The notes beneath the pieces were generated by a model. It worked only from the letters and a program-made list of their open reading frames with translations, was not told where the DNA came from and did not search any database. Shown here piece by piece: positions 1-8,664 of a stretch of DNA of 64,000 bases; position 1 is the first letter of the stretch, and each line of letters starts with the position of its first letter. The position numbers and the translations under genes were made by a program. The stretch comes from a virus. The stretch covers positions 21,711 to 85,710 of the IMG/VR virus record IMGVR_UViG_3300032236_001159; one strand, written 5' to 3'.

Positions 1-326
1 CTCTTAGATGATGTAAATAAATCTCTTGCTAGTTCTGGAGTATTATGTTCGGTTTTTAATTCCGCCAATATGTTTTTCATTTCTTCACCAAATATCTGGA
101 GTTGTTGCCAGAAATTTACAAGAGGTTCATATAAATCATTTACCCAAATATTCAAATTTGGATACCTCTTTGTAATGTGAATGGCAACACTTCCACCACC
201 AAGAAATGGTTCCCGAAACTCATCATAATCTCGTAAGTCTGGAAAGTATGGATCCATCTTAACGCAAGCGCGTGACTTACCGCCAGCGTAGCGCAGCGGC
301 GTTTTGAATTGTTTCAAACTAACCAT
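1..326 (-). CDS. dam: DNA adenine methyltransferase (D12/Dam class), 5' part; runs off the window edge
   Basis: Manual translation from ATG at 326: MVSLKQFKTPLRYAGGKSRAC...EFREPFLGGGSVAI...IWVNDLYEPLVNFW. These are the Dam-class motifs (PLRYxGGK, EPFxGGGS, NDL). Confidence 0.92.
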   Translation of the reverse strand, partial: MVSLKQFKTPLRYAGGKSRACVKMDPYFPDLRDYDEFREPFLGGGSVAIHITKRYPNLNIWVNDLYEPLVNFWQQLQIFGEEMKNILAELKTEHNTPELARDLFTSSK

Positions 327-727
327 ATCAGTTCAGTATTAATGTTTTCATAAATCGTTTCAATTTTTTCCATTCTCCTTTTACCGAGATATGGTTTCAT
401 AAGATTAGTCCACAATACAGCAGCCTTACCTCCGATAGTAAAAGTATAAAGTGGTTTCCACCCTTTTTCTTTTTTGCTGGGGACGTGGGTATAAGTTACA
501 TTTCTATTATCCATAATTTTTGCGACCCTATACACAATATCTTCATCTGCCATTTGAATAGACATTCGCAATTCTGGACTTTGAGTATATGTTTTTCCAT
601 TAGAATAATTTCTTACTCTTGGTTTTTTATATTCCCAACATCCCTCCCCCTCCCATATTCCAGATATCCAAGCAAGTTCCATTTCAGTTGGAGGAGTATG
701 TTGGTATTGAGATCTTTTTAATTTCAT
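314..727 (-). CDS. Free-standing single-motif LAGLIDADG homing endonuclease-like protein
   Basis: LAWISGIWEGEGC matches the LAGLIDADG helix, followed by ..LRMSIQMAD.. and a typical C-terminal ..LMKPYL..R. ATG at 727 preferred over GTG at 748. Late promoter immediately upstream. Confidence 0.75.
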   Translation of the reverse strand: MKLKRSQYQHTPPTEMELAWISGIWEGEGCWEYKKPRVRNYSNGKTYTQSPELRMSIQMADEDIVYRVAKIMDNRNVTYTHVPSKKEKGWKPLYTFTIGGKAAVLWTNLMKPYLGKRRMEKIETIYENINTELIWLV

Positions 728-728
728 T

Positions 729-923
729 TTAAGTATTTCTATTACCACCTTTATTTATAGGAGGTAACTCTTTATTTTCATAAGTTTTAGGATGAAAATT
801 ACAATACTCGTTAAACACAATCTTACATTCTTTTTGTGTAAGATTGCAGTGCTCTGCTGCTTTTGGAAGATTCCATTTAGCAGAAAAAAGCATTTCCATT
901 GCTTCTCTTGTTTCAGGTCTCAT
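729..923 (-). CDS. Small hypothetical protein (possible HTH-like)
   Basis: 64-aa ORF coupled to the gp44 stop (ATGA overlap); WNLPKAAEHCNLT. Confidence 0.7.
   Translation of the reverse strand: MRPETREAMEMLFSAKWNLPKAAEHCNLTQKECKIVFNEYCNFHPKTYENKELPPINKGGNRNT
752..759 (-). promoter_or_regulatory. T4-type late promoter TATAAATA for the LAGLIDADG ORF, in the loop of a hairpin (742-767)
   Basis: tatttata on the + strand at 752-759; flanking ttacc(a)cct / agg(a)ggtaa arms. Confidence 0.75.
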
Positions 924-1873
924 AAGAACTCACACTCCACCATAATTTCAGTCAAACAAGCAAGAAGATTTATCTCCTGATCTGCCACAAATCCCCCCTG
1001 ATACAAATACTTCGCAATAACAAGAACAGCAGCAGGAATACTGGCAGGAACCAAAGATTCATAAAGTGAATCATACACCCTGCGGAGAATAACAGAAGAG
1101 TCATTATCAAGATTGGATACAACCCATTTACGAACTTCCGTAAAGTTCTTTTCCTTGAGACATTTAATGAGATCATTTACTTTTACGTCAGAGAACGATG
1201 CAAGAATACCAGAATCAATTTCACCACTCACAGAATATCTTTGACATTCATTAAGGACTCTACGCCAATCTGGAAAGTGCTTATTGATCAGTTCTGCAAG
1301 GACTTTCGGATCATATCGGATCCTCTCTTCATCCAAGATGTTTTGAAGACGCTTGAAAAAGGATCCTGCCAACTGGGATTTTTCTTTCCCTTTGATCGAG
1401 AATTCGACAACTGCACATCGGGAGTGAAGTGGTTCGATGATTTTGTTTTTGTAATTACAGGTGAAGATGAATCGACAATTCTTACTAAATTCCTCAGTAA
1501 ACGCCCGTAAGAGGAGTTGAACATCTTTACTTGAATTGTCTGCTTCATCAATGATGATGACTTTGTGTTTAGCATCCGAAGAAAGTGAGACGGTCGAAGC
1601 GAAGTTCTTCGCATTGTTTCGGACAGTATCGAGGAATCTACCTTCGTCGGATCCGTTAATGACATAAAAATCTACTCCTAACTCATTACATAATGCTTTT
1701 GCTACAGTTGTCTTGCCGCAACCAGCAGGACCTGCAAGTAGCATATTTGGAATTTCGCCCCTAGTTACAAAGTCACTAAAAGTTTTCTTAATACCTTCTG
1801 GGAGAATACAGTCCTCAATTTTACGAGGTCTGTATCGTTCCACCCACAAGAAGTCAGTTCTGTCTATGTTCAT
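920..1873 (-). CDS. gp44: Clamp loader large subunit (AAA+)
   Basis: LWVERYRP, Walker A GPAGCGKTT, Walker B IIIDEAD, PLHSRC. Confidence 0.97.
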   Translation of the reverse strand: MNIDRTDFLWVERYRPRKIEDCILPEGIKKTFSDFVTRGEIPNMLLAGPAGCGKTTVAKALCNELGVDFYVINGSDEGRFLDTVRNNAKNFASTVSLSSDAKHKVIIIDEADNSSKDVQLLLRAFTEEFSKNCRFIFTCNYKNKIIEPLHSRCAVVEFSIKGKEKSQLAGSFFKRLQNILDEERIRYDPKVLAELINKHFPDWRRVLNECQRYSVSGEIDSGILASFSDVKVNDLIKCLKEKNFTEVRKWVVSNLDNDSSVILRRVYDSLYESLVPASIPAAVLVIAKYLYQGGFVADQEINLLACLTEIMVECEFL

Positions 1874-1916
1874 AATTTAAATAAAGTTCAAAGGTAATAA
1901 TAATTTGTGAATAATC

Positions 1917-2156
1917 TCAACCTCTGGTTGCTCTTACTTTTTCGATAGAAAATGACTCATTTGGTACAAGAATTTTCATATAAAAAACAATAAGTTCTTC
2001 TTTTCCTTCTTCATTTATTTTAATCCGACTTTCGTCTGGTGTTTGAAGTTGTTTGTTTATTCCTTCCCAACAATCATAGTCATACTTTCCAGGTCGTTGA
2101 TTATCAAATACTTCTTGAATAGTATCGATTTGTTCTTGTGTTAATTTAAAAGTCAT
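1917..2156 (-). CDS. Hypothetical protein
   Basis: 79-aa ORF, co-oriented, fills the intergenic space. Confidence 0.6.
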   Translation of the reverse strand: MTFKLTQEQIDTIQEVFDNQRPGKYDYDCWEGINKQLQTPDESRIKINEEGKEELIVFYMKILVPNESFSIEKVRATRG

Positions 2157-2172
2157 AGTTAGTTAAATAAGT

Positions 2173-2604
2173 TTAATGGTCAAATCTATCATAACCTTCA
2201 TCAGGAAAGGTTGCAAATCGTACTTTATACTGTTGTGTTTCATCAATAATCTGTAAAGAGTATAAAAATAATTTTTCATAATATTCTTTATAACGATTTA
2301 TTCCTAGGAATAAATCTTCAATAGTGTCAAAATTGCGACTTTTTGACACTATTGGATATTCTCGTTGTCTTTTTTCACAAAAATATAAATTATTTGGAGA
2401 ACAAATGAAATGGTCAAATAATGAACAAATTTTAATTATTTCATCTTTTGGTGGATCAATAGTTTTGACTCCAGATCCACCAAATCGATCAAATTCCCAT
2501 CCATTTATAATTTCCCTTTTACGATTTTCAAAAAATAACCGATACCAAGTTTCAAAAGAAGTTAAATGCTTATCGTTGCTGTTTATTTTCATGGTTAAAT
2601 CCAT
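2173..2604 (-). CDS. Hypothetical protein
   Basis: 143-aa co-oriented ORF overlapping the upstream stop. Confidence 0.65.
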   Translation of the reverse strand: MDLTMKINSNDKHLTSFETWYRLFFENRKREIINGWEFDRFGGSGVKTIDPPKDEIIKICSLFDHFICSPNNLYFCEKRQREYPIVSKSRNFDTIEDLFLGINRYKEYYEKLFLYSLQIIDETQQYKVRFATFPDEGYDRFDH

Positions 2605-3122
2605 TCGGGTTTTCTTTCGGGAATACGAAGATAATTATCCTTCACCCAAGGTTTGGAGGCAATATACATTTTGTAGGCAGTGAATGTATCAATGCTTTCA
2701 TCAAGTTTGTATTCGTCAGGCATTGCCCTTGTGAATTCTACCACATTATTGTAGATGTGAAGACTTTTGCCAGAGTTATCAAGAAAGATAACTTCTGCTG
2801 CTTGAAGACCATCGAAGCAAGCATGAATTTTGCCATAACGATGCCGATACTCATTACACAGGGCATACCCGTGCCGAATCAACCAGGCAAGGTTCTCATG
2901 GGATTTTGCTGCCCATTGAGTACAGGGATGATTACGGAAGGCACCTTTCTCCGTATTATAAGGGGTGCCATCCTTCTTGGGAATGGTTCCCCAATTATAA
3001 TACCACTTGGAGTAGATGATAGAAATTAGTTGACATGTCTCCAAGGGCATTTTCACTATATGTTTGTCAGGAAGTGCCACAGCAGAAAGAACTGGGCACT
3101 GATCATTCACAAAGATGTTCAT
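2595..3122 (-). CDS. Pyrimidine-dimer DNA glycosylase (DenV-like) family protein
   Basis: MNIF...DKHIVKMPLETCQL...NHPCTQW...LCNEYRHRYGKIH pattern of the phage DenV-like family. Confidence 0.65.
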   Translation of the reverse strand: MNIFVNDQCPVLSAVALPDKHIVKMPLETCQLISIIYSKWYYNWGTIPKKDGTPYNTEKGAFRNHPCTQWAAKSHENLAWLIRHGYALCNEYRHRYGKIHACFDGLQAAEVIFLDNSGKSLHIYNNVVEFTRAMPDEYKLDESIDTFTAYKMYIASKPWVKDNYLRIPERKPEWI

Positions 3123-3138
3123 AATATAAAAAATAAAA

Positions 3139-3804
3139 TTATTTGAATTGAGAATCAGGTTCCATTGGAATCCAATAATTCAAATTATACTTCTCATTTG
3201 TGAATTGGGAAATAAGTTTAGATGAAATCACAACATCATAATTTGTTGGAATAATTTTAAGATTTTCAACTTTAAAATTAAAAACAAATTCTTTATCAGT
3301 TTCTCCCACGGTAATTGAATACTCATTGGAAGTATCAGTTCTCTTATCTCTTACAACCAAACGAATTACACCAGCATCACCAATTACAGATAGATCATTT
3401 AATTGATATACCGCAGATGCTTTTTTCAATTTATCTAAATGGGAATGATCAAGTTGAAAACAAACATCTTTGGAAGGAAGTTCAATTTCTTTTTCTGGCG
3501 CAGATACAATTACTTCTGGGTCAGCAAAGAAATATTTTACCTTACGTTTTCCTTCCCGAATCACAAGATAATTATCATTTGAGAAATCAAGTTCTGGATC
3601 TTGGTGAAGACTAAGACCATTTAGAAATTGATTCAAATCATAAATTGCAAAGTCTTTTGGGAATTCTTCTTCGACTTCTGCCTGAGCTAAAATAGTTTTT
3701 ATTACAGACATAGTGCGAATTTTTGATCCACTTTTCACAAGAATAGATTGATTAATTGACGCAAAGTTTTTAAGAATTGAAATCGTATTTTCGGATAGTT
3801 TCAT
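3139..3804 (-). CDS. gp45: Sliding clamp
   Basis: MKLSENTISILKNFASINQSI...FAIYDLNQFL...YWIPMEPDS; position upstream of gp44. Confidence 0.96.
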   Translation of the reverse strand: MKLSENTISILKNFASINQSILVKSGSKIRTMSVIKTILAQAEVEEEFPKDFAIYDLNQFLNGLSLHQDPELDFSNDNYLVIREGKRKVKYFFADPEVIVSAPEKEIELPSKDVCFQLDHSHLDKLKKASAVYQLNDLSVIGDAGVIRLVVRDKRTDTSNEYSITVGETDKEFVFNFKVENLKIIPTNYDVVISSKLISQFTNEKYNLNYWIPMEPDSQFK

Positions 3805-4109
3805 TTAAATTCACCCAATCCATTATCAACACGGCTATAATGCTTATCGAAGTGAAGAAGTAGCATAGCATAGTGAATGACCTTAAGTAAATCACGCTTG
3901 TTACGCCCGTTTTTCTGTCCATACCTAGACCCATATTTCAAGATGTTCACTTGACAGAAGTCTTGTGCAAGTCCTTTGGAAGCAGCCAAATCGATGGTTT
4001 GAATATCTTCATATCCTTCTTCACTACCAACATAATGGCTGCCATATGTACTCAGAACATATTCGGTTATATCTTTTAGAATTTGTTCTTCATTGTACTT
4101 CCATTTCAT
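3801..4109 (-). CDS. Conserved phage protein (DUF3310-like)
   Basis: TYGSHY...FCQVNILKYGSRYGQKNG..DLLKVIHYA motif. Confidence 0.6.
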   Translation of the reverse strand: MKWKYNEEQILKDITEYVLSTYGSHYVGSEEGYEDIQTIDLAASKGLAQDFCQVNILKYGSRYGQKNGRNKRDLLKVIHYAMLLLHFDKHYSRVDNGLGEFK

Positions 4110-4133
4110 AATCTATAATCAAACTACTTTAAA

Positions 4134-4162
4134 ATAGTAGCACAAAAAACAAGAAAAGTCAA
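4134..4162 (-). promoter_or_regulatory. sigma70-like promoter for the gp45/gp44 block
   Basis: TTGACT-17bp-TACTAT with extended TG on the minus strand. Confidence 0.65.
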
Positions 4163-6126
4163 GTTAGTATCTTAGAGAATCCTTTCACTTTTTCAAATGT
4201 GATGATTTTATCGAACTTATCAATCAATTCATCTGTCTTATGTGAAATCACAAACACATTAGTATCTTTAATAACATACTTAATAATTTTTGTGAAATAA
4301 TCAGTTCCAGTATTATCCAAAGAACTATCAAAAACTTCATCTAAAATTAAAAGATTTGTAGAAACACTATTTTTCATTCTAGCAATTTCTCTCCAAGTAA
4401 AAAGAATTGCTAAGTTAATTCTCATCTTTTCACCTTCACTAAAACTTTCATAACTAAAATCTTCGTGAATAGGAGATTTAATATGCTCCTTGAATTCATC
4501 ATCAAGAGTAAAGTTGATATAAAAATCCATCAATTGAAGGTACTTATTGATTTGTTGATTCATCAATGGAATATACTTTTGAATAATCTTAGATTTAACT
4601 CCACCATCCTTCATTAAAAGTTGAGCAAAGTCGAAATAATTTACACTTTCTTTATATTTTGATTTCTTTTTAAAATTATCAATTTGTTCTTTTTTTAATT
4701 TTTCTAATTTTTCGTGTTCGGTACTTCGATTTTTAAGTTGTTCTGTAATGGTTCGAATTTCATTTTCCAAATCCTTGATCTGTCTTCTAGTAGCATTAAT
4801 TTTAATATTATTTTGGGAAATATTATTTGTAAGTTTTGAAATTTCTTTCGTGAGGATATTAAATTTACTTTCTCTTTCCTCTTCTTCTTTAATTGCTTTC
4901 TCTAATTCTTCATATCCAGTTTGCATCTCCTTCACTTTATCTTGAGAATCTTTGAGTTTTTTTATTCTAAATTCTTCATCAATGGACTGGGTACAAGTAG
5001 GACATATCGTATTTTCATTAAAGAATTTATGTTCTTCGGCAATTGATGATATTTTTTGACTAATTTTTCCTTTTAAATTTCCAAGTTTACGAAGTTTTTC
5101 TGCATATCCTGTTATTTCATCTTGCTCTTGAATATATTTACTAAGTGGGTCTTCAAGGGAAGAGTTATATTCCATAAGATCATTGATTTCGACATCTAAA
5201 TCGGAAATTTTCCGATTATTAATATCAATCTTTTCATTTCCACGATTTTCCAATTCTTCAATAAATTCAGTCTGCATTAAAATCTTTTCATCAATTGATT
5301 TTTCGAGCAAAGTGAATTCTTTTATTTTTTCATTTGAATTTCTTATTTTTTCTTTTAAAATGGAATTCATTGTTGAAAATATTTTAATGTCCAATAAGTC
5401 TTCCACAACTTCACGACGATGTGCTGCCGAAAGTTGCATAAAAGGTACAAAGGACGCACTTCCAAGAATTACAATTTGAGTAAATGATTTATAATTTAAT
5501 TTGAGTATTGTATCTTCTAAGTATTTTTGCTGGTCGTTTGATGCTGCTACCTGATTTTGCAAAACACCATCGATCCAAATTTCAAAAATGTTTGGCTTAA
5601 TTCCCCTTATGACTTTATATTCTTTATCGGAAATATTAAATTCAACTTCAACTAAACATTCTTTTTCATTGGTCGAATTGATCATTTGATTTTTTACAAT
5701 CTTTCTAAATGCTTTATTGAATAGAACAAAACATAAAGCATCTAACATTGTTGAGTTATGAGACAATATTCCATTAGTATAAAATCTATGATTATTTGAA
5801 TTTACTGTAAAATCATACATATTTTCATAGACATCATACAATTTCACACATTTGACCATTTCTGGCCCATCTTTGGTCATAATATAAGATTCATCAGGTA
5901 TGAGATTTTTTACAAAAATCTCATTATAATTCTCTGTGAATAATATATGATCATCAGCGCATTCCAACACCAAACCATTATAAGTTTCTATTCTCCATTT
6001 TTGATATGGAATTGTTTTATGGATGTGCGTAACTTCTTCCCATCCGGTATCTGTTTCAATTTCCCAGTCGGTTAGATTTATACTATTGATAAATTTTCTA
6101 TTTACTGTTTCAGAAAGTTCAAACAT
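4159..6126 (-). CDS. gp46: Split intein C-part (124 aa) fused to the C-extein of recombination ATPase gp46
   Basis: LECADDH (block B), MYDFTV..NHRFYTNGILSHN/S (blocks F/G), then STMLDAL, CPTC zinc hook, FSEGE signature, LILDEVFD. Confidence 0.95.
   Translation of the reverse strand: MFELSETVNRKFINSINLTDWEIETDTGWEEVTHIHKTIPYQKWRIETYNGLVLECADDHILFTENYNEIFVKNLIPDESYIMTKDGPEMVKCVKLYDVYENMYDFTVNSNNHRFYTNGILSHNSTMLDALCFVLFNKAFRKIVKNQMINSTNEKECLVEVEFNISDKEYKVIRGIKPNIFEIWIDGVLQNQVAASNDQQKYLEDTILKLNYKSFTQIVILGSASFVPFMQLSAAHRREVVEDLLDIKIFSTMNSILKEKIRNSNEKIKEFTLLEKSIDEKILMQTEFIEELENRGNEKIDINNRKISDLDVEINDLMEYNSSLEDPLSKYIQEQDEITGYAEKLRKLGNLKGKISQKISSIAEEHKFFNENTICPTCTQSIDEEFRIKKLKDSQDKVKEMQTGYEELEKAIKEEEERESKFNILTKEISKLTNNISQNNIKINATRRQIKDLENEIRTITEQLKNRSTEHEKLEKLKKEQIDNFKKKSKYKESVNYFDFAQLLMKDGGVKSKIIQKYIPLMNQQINKYLQLMDFYINFTLDDEFKEHIKSPIHEDFSYESFSEGEKMRINLAILFTWREIARMKNSVSTNLLILDEVFDSSLDNTGTDYFTKIIKYVIKDTNVFVISHKTDELIDKFDKIITFEKVKGFSKILT
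5755..6126 (-). mobile_element. IntC of an atypically split intein
   Basis: 124 aa ending His-Asn, followed by Ser+1 (codon TCA at 5754-5752). Confidence 0.92.
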
Positions 6127-7166
6127 TCTTCAATTACCTTTTCTTTTTTAAATTTGTAATCATTTTCATTTACTCTATGAATTAAATATCCATACTTTTT
6201 ATAAATTTCATCTCTCTCTTCATCTCTATTTTTATTGCCCCTACCAACCAATCCGTGCCAATAAGTACCATCAAATTCAATTATTTTTTTGCTATTTGTA
6301 TCTATAAAATCTGGAAGTAACAATTTATCTAATTTTAATCTCAACTCATTATTTTTTCCAGATTTATCTGGTTTTTTATTTTCGTCAAGTTCTGCAAAAA
6401 ATATGCTATCCAAAGAGTTCAAATGTGAAGAAATTTCCCAAAATAACAATTGAGATATTTTTGAAAAATTTGATTTTCTATAAGATTTGTGCCACTTTTC
6501 TTGTCTATCTAGCCATTTCTTTTTTCCATCTTTTTCACCATATTTTTCAATACATTTTTTAAGAGTGAAAGTAGATTGTTCTTGTGATATTTTTTCTCTT
6601 GCTTCCACTTCATTAAATCCTCTAACAATCCAATATTCAATACATCTTTTTGATGATACTCTTTGGATTTTATTGTTATCTTTTGCTTTTTTAGATCCTT
6701 TGTTGTTGTTTTTTTCTTTCTGTTTTTTTGCCAATTCTATGGATTCTTCTTCATTATAACCTGCTTTTAACCAATATTCTTTTCTAATTGGTCTTCTTGA
6801 ATCTCTTTCATAATTTGCCTCACTTTCTGTATAATTTTTACCAGTATTTGGATTTATTTTAGAAGTCCAAAATTCTTTTGAATATGGACTTACATTTCCT
6901 TTCATAGAATTTTTCTTTGATTTAAAATGTGCCTCACCCTCTCCCCATCCACGAGAAATCCAATATTGTTTTGTGTGCTTTCCCATCTCTGGAAGTGAAA
7001 GAAGTTTAGACACATAAGATTTGCATTTTACGACATTTGATGCTTCTGGAACACTTTGAAGTTCTATAAAAAGTTTTTGTCTTAAATCAGGATGAAGATT
7101 TTGTATCTTTTCATCAAGACATTCTTCAATTTTTTCTTGAATGGTTCTACTTCTTTTGTGCGTCAT
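6102..7166 (-). CDS. Free-standing Vsr-like (DUF559/EDxHD-type) homing endonuclease
   Basis: C-terminal LPDF...IIEFDGTYWH...RDEERD...GYLIHRVNE; repeated N-terminal YW..xG...EA modules; lies between the two intein halves. Confidence 0.85.
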   Translation of the reverse strand: MTHKRSRTIQEKIEECLDEKIQNLHPDLRQKLFIELQSVPEASNVVKCKSYVSKLLSLPEMGKHTKQYWISRGWGEGEAHFKSKKNSMKGNVSPYSKEFWTSKINPNTGKNYTESEANYERDSRRPIRKEYWLKAGYNEEESIELAKKQKEKNNNKGSKKAKDNNKIQRVSSKRCIEYWIVRGFNEVEAREKISQEQSTFTLKKCIEKYGEKDGKKKWLDRQEKWHKSYRKSNFSKISQLLFWEISSHLNSLDSIFFAELDENKKPDKSGKNNELRLKLDKLLLPDFIDTNSKKIIEFDGTYWHGLVGRGNKNRDEERDEIYKKYGYLIHRVNENDYKFKKEKVIEECLNFLKQ

Positions 7167-7245
7167 AAAAGTCCCCTACTGTGGTTTCTAAAATTTCTCC
7201 GGTAATTTTATTTCTTACCTTTATTTTAGTATTTATACAAAAACA
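7147..7245 (-). mobile_element. IntN of an atypically split intein
   Basis: 32 aa starting with Cys immediately after GSGK. Confidence 0.88.
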
Positions 7246-7365
7246 CTTACCAGAACCATTAGTTCCAACAATCAATGTCGTAGGAACTTCGGTAAAATTA
7301 ATTTCTGTTGGTGTATTTCCAGAAGACAAAAAATTTTTAAATTTTATTCGCTTGAATAGTATCAT
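7147..7365 (-). CDS. gp46: gp46 N-extein (40 aa, ending at the Walker A Lys) plus split intein N-part (32 aa)
   Basis: FKNFLSSGN...LIVGTNGSGK followed directly by CFCINTKIKVRNK (intein block A, Cys1 codon at 7245). Confidence 0.93.
   Translation of the reverse strand: MILFKRIKFKNFLSSGNTPTEINFTEVPTTLIVGTNGSGKCFCINTKIKVRNKITGEILETTVGDFYDAQKK
7230..7237 (-). promoter_or_regulatory. Late promoter TATAAATA embedded in IntN codons, upstream of the endonuclease
   Basis: Codons TGT ATA AAT ACT (C-I-N-T) spell TATAAATA, about 64 nt before the ATG at 7166. Confidence 0.7.
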
Positions 7366-7621
7366 ATTCTCTTGGTGGTATTACAAAATCATTTGAATTA
7401 ATTATAACATAATTGTACCCATACATCTCACATGTTTTTATTACTAGATGATCATCAACTTCAACTACATCCATTTCTGGATAATCTTCCGCTTCTAATA
7501 GTCCAGAATAACGTTCAGCATCATCAATATCTTCGAAAAGATACAAAGCTCTTTCACCATCTTCGTCAATTACGGAATATGCTCCCTCATCTTCTTTTCC
7601 TTTAATCGTAAGTATATACAT
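7337..7621 (-). CDS. Conserved hypothetical protein between gp47 and gp46
   Basis: 94-aa acidic ORF (EGAYSV...LYLFED.DDAERY...LE), coupled to both neighbours. Confidence 0.8.
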   Translation of the reverse strand: MYILTIKGKEDEGAYSVIDEDGERALYLFEDIDDAERYSGLLEAEDYPEMDVVEVDDHLVIKTCEMYGYNYVIINSNDFVIPPREYDTIQANKI

Positions 7622-8664
7622 CAGGTTGCTTCCAATGCTTCTTTATATACATCTCGAAGTAGTTTTTTGATTATAGTTTTATCCAAACCAAATTCTGCCT
7701 CTTCTACATATTTATCTAAAATGGATAAAGTATCTTCGGCAGATATTTCTTCACAATCCACACTTTCATCATCAATATCAACAATTTCTACAACTTTCAA
7801 ATCCAAAGGTGAAGATTTTACAATTTCATCTAAAAATTTATCAAAATTTAATTGATTAGTTTTTTTTCTGACTATAATTTTTACAATTTTATCTTTTAAA
7901 ATTGAACAATCTATTTTTTTCGCATCACTATCTTCATAGTAGATTCTTTCAAATATATTGTATGGATTTTTAAAGTATTCTAATTCATAAGTATTGGTAT
8001 CAAAAATATGAAATCCTCTAGTATCATCCACATCACTCCAAAACATTTGATAAGGATTTCCGAGGTAAAATACTTTTCCATTATCAGATTTAGTATGATA
8101 ATGTCCGGTAAATACTCTATCAAATTTTTCAAATTTTTCAGTAGACAATCCATCAGTCATAATATGACCGGGATATGCAGAAAATCCATTCAACTCCAAA
8201 TGACCAAAAACAACTTTTGCTTTGGTTTCTTGAATTAAATTAAAAGTTTCTTCTTCATTATCAGAACAAATCCAAGGAAGAACCAAAGAATTCATTCCTC
8301 CAATACAAATTTCTGTTGGTCTTGAAATTGGTATTACATTATCATATTGTCTCAATAATCCATCAACTGCATTTACTTCATTAGAATTTTTATAATAAGA
8401 ATCGTGATTTCCTACTATATTATAAACCGTAATTCCTAATTTTTCAAATCGGTCATAAACATTCTTCTTTGCCCATTCTAATGCCCAATAATCAACACCT
8501 TTGCGATTATCAAAAGCATCTCCCAAATGAACTACTGTTTTGATTTTTCTTTTTTCTAATGTAGGAAAAAATACTTCATCATAAAATTTAGCAAAGTAGT
8601 CATGAAAAGATTTATTTGCTTTCTTGAATCCATAGTGAGTGTCTGTTACAAGTCCGAGTTTCAT
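7621..8664 (-). CDS. gp47: Recombination endonuclease subunit (Mre11/SbcD-like)
   Basis: Metallophosphoesterase motifs DTHYG, HLGDAFD, GNHD, GHLE, GHYH. Confidence 0.96.
   Translation of the reverse strand: MKLGLVTDTHYGFKKANKSFHDYFAKFYDEVFFPTLEKRKIKTVVHLGDAFDNRKGVDYWALEWAKKNVYDRFEKLGITVYNIVGNHDSYYKNSNEVNAVDGLLRQYDNVIPISRPTEICIGGMNSLVLPWICSDNEEETFNLIQETKAKVVFGHLELNGFSAYPGHIMTDGLSTEKFEKFDRVFTGHYHTKSDNGKVFYLGNPYQMFWSDVDDTRGFHIFDTNTYELEYFKNPYNIFERIYYEDSDAKKIDCSILKDKIVKIIVRKKTNQLNFDKFLDEIVKSSPLDLKVVEIVDIDDESVDCEEISAEDTLSILDKYVEEAEFGLDKTIIKKLLRDVYKEALEAT

Noticed and set aside
5755-7245. Group I intron or single contiguous intein in gp46
   Set aside because: Clear intein termini (Cys1, His-Asn/Ser) lie in separate ORFs, each with its own start and stop. 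A contiguous intein would need two independent frameshift errors, and I saw no intron core.
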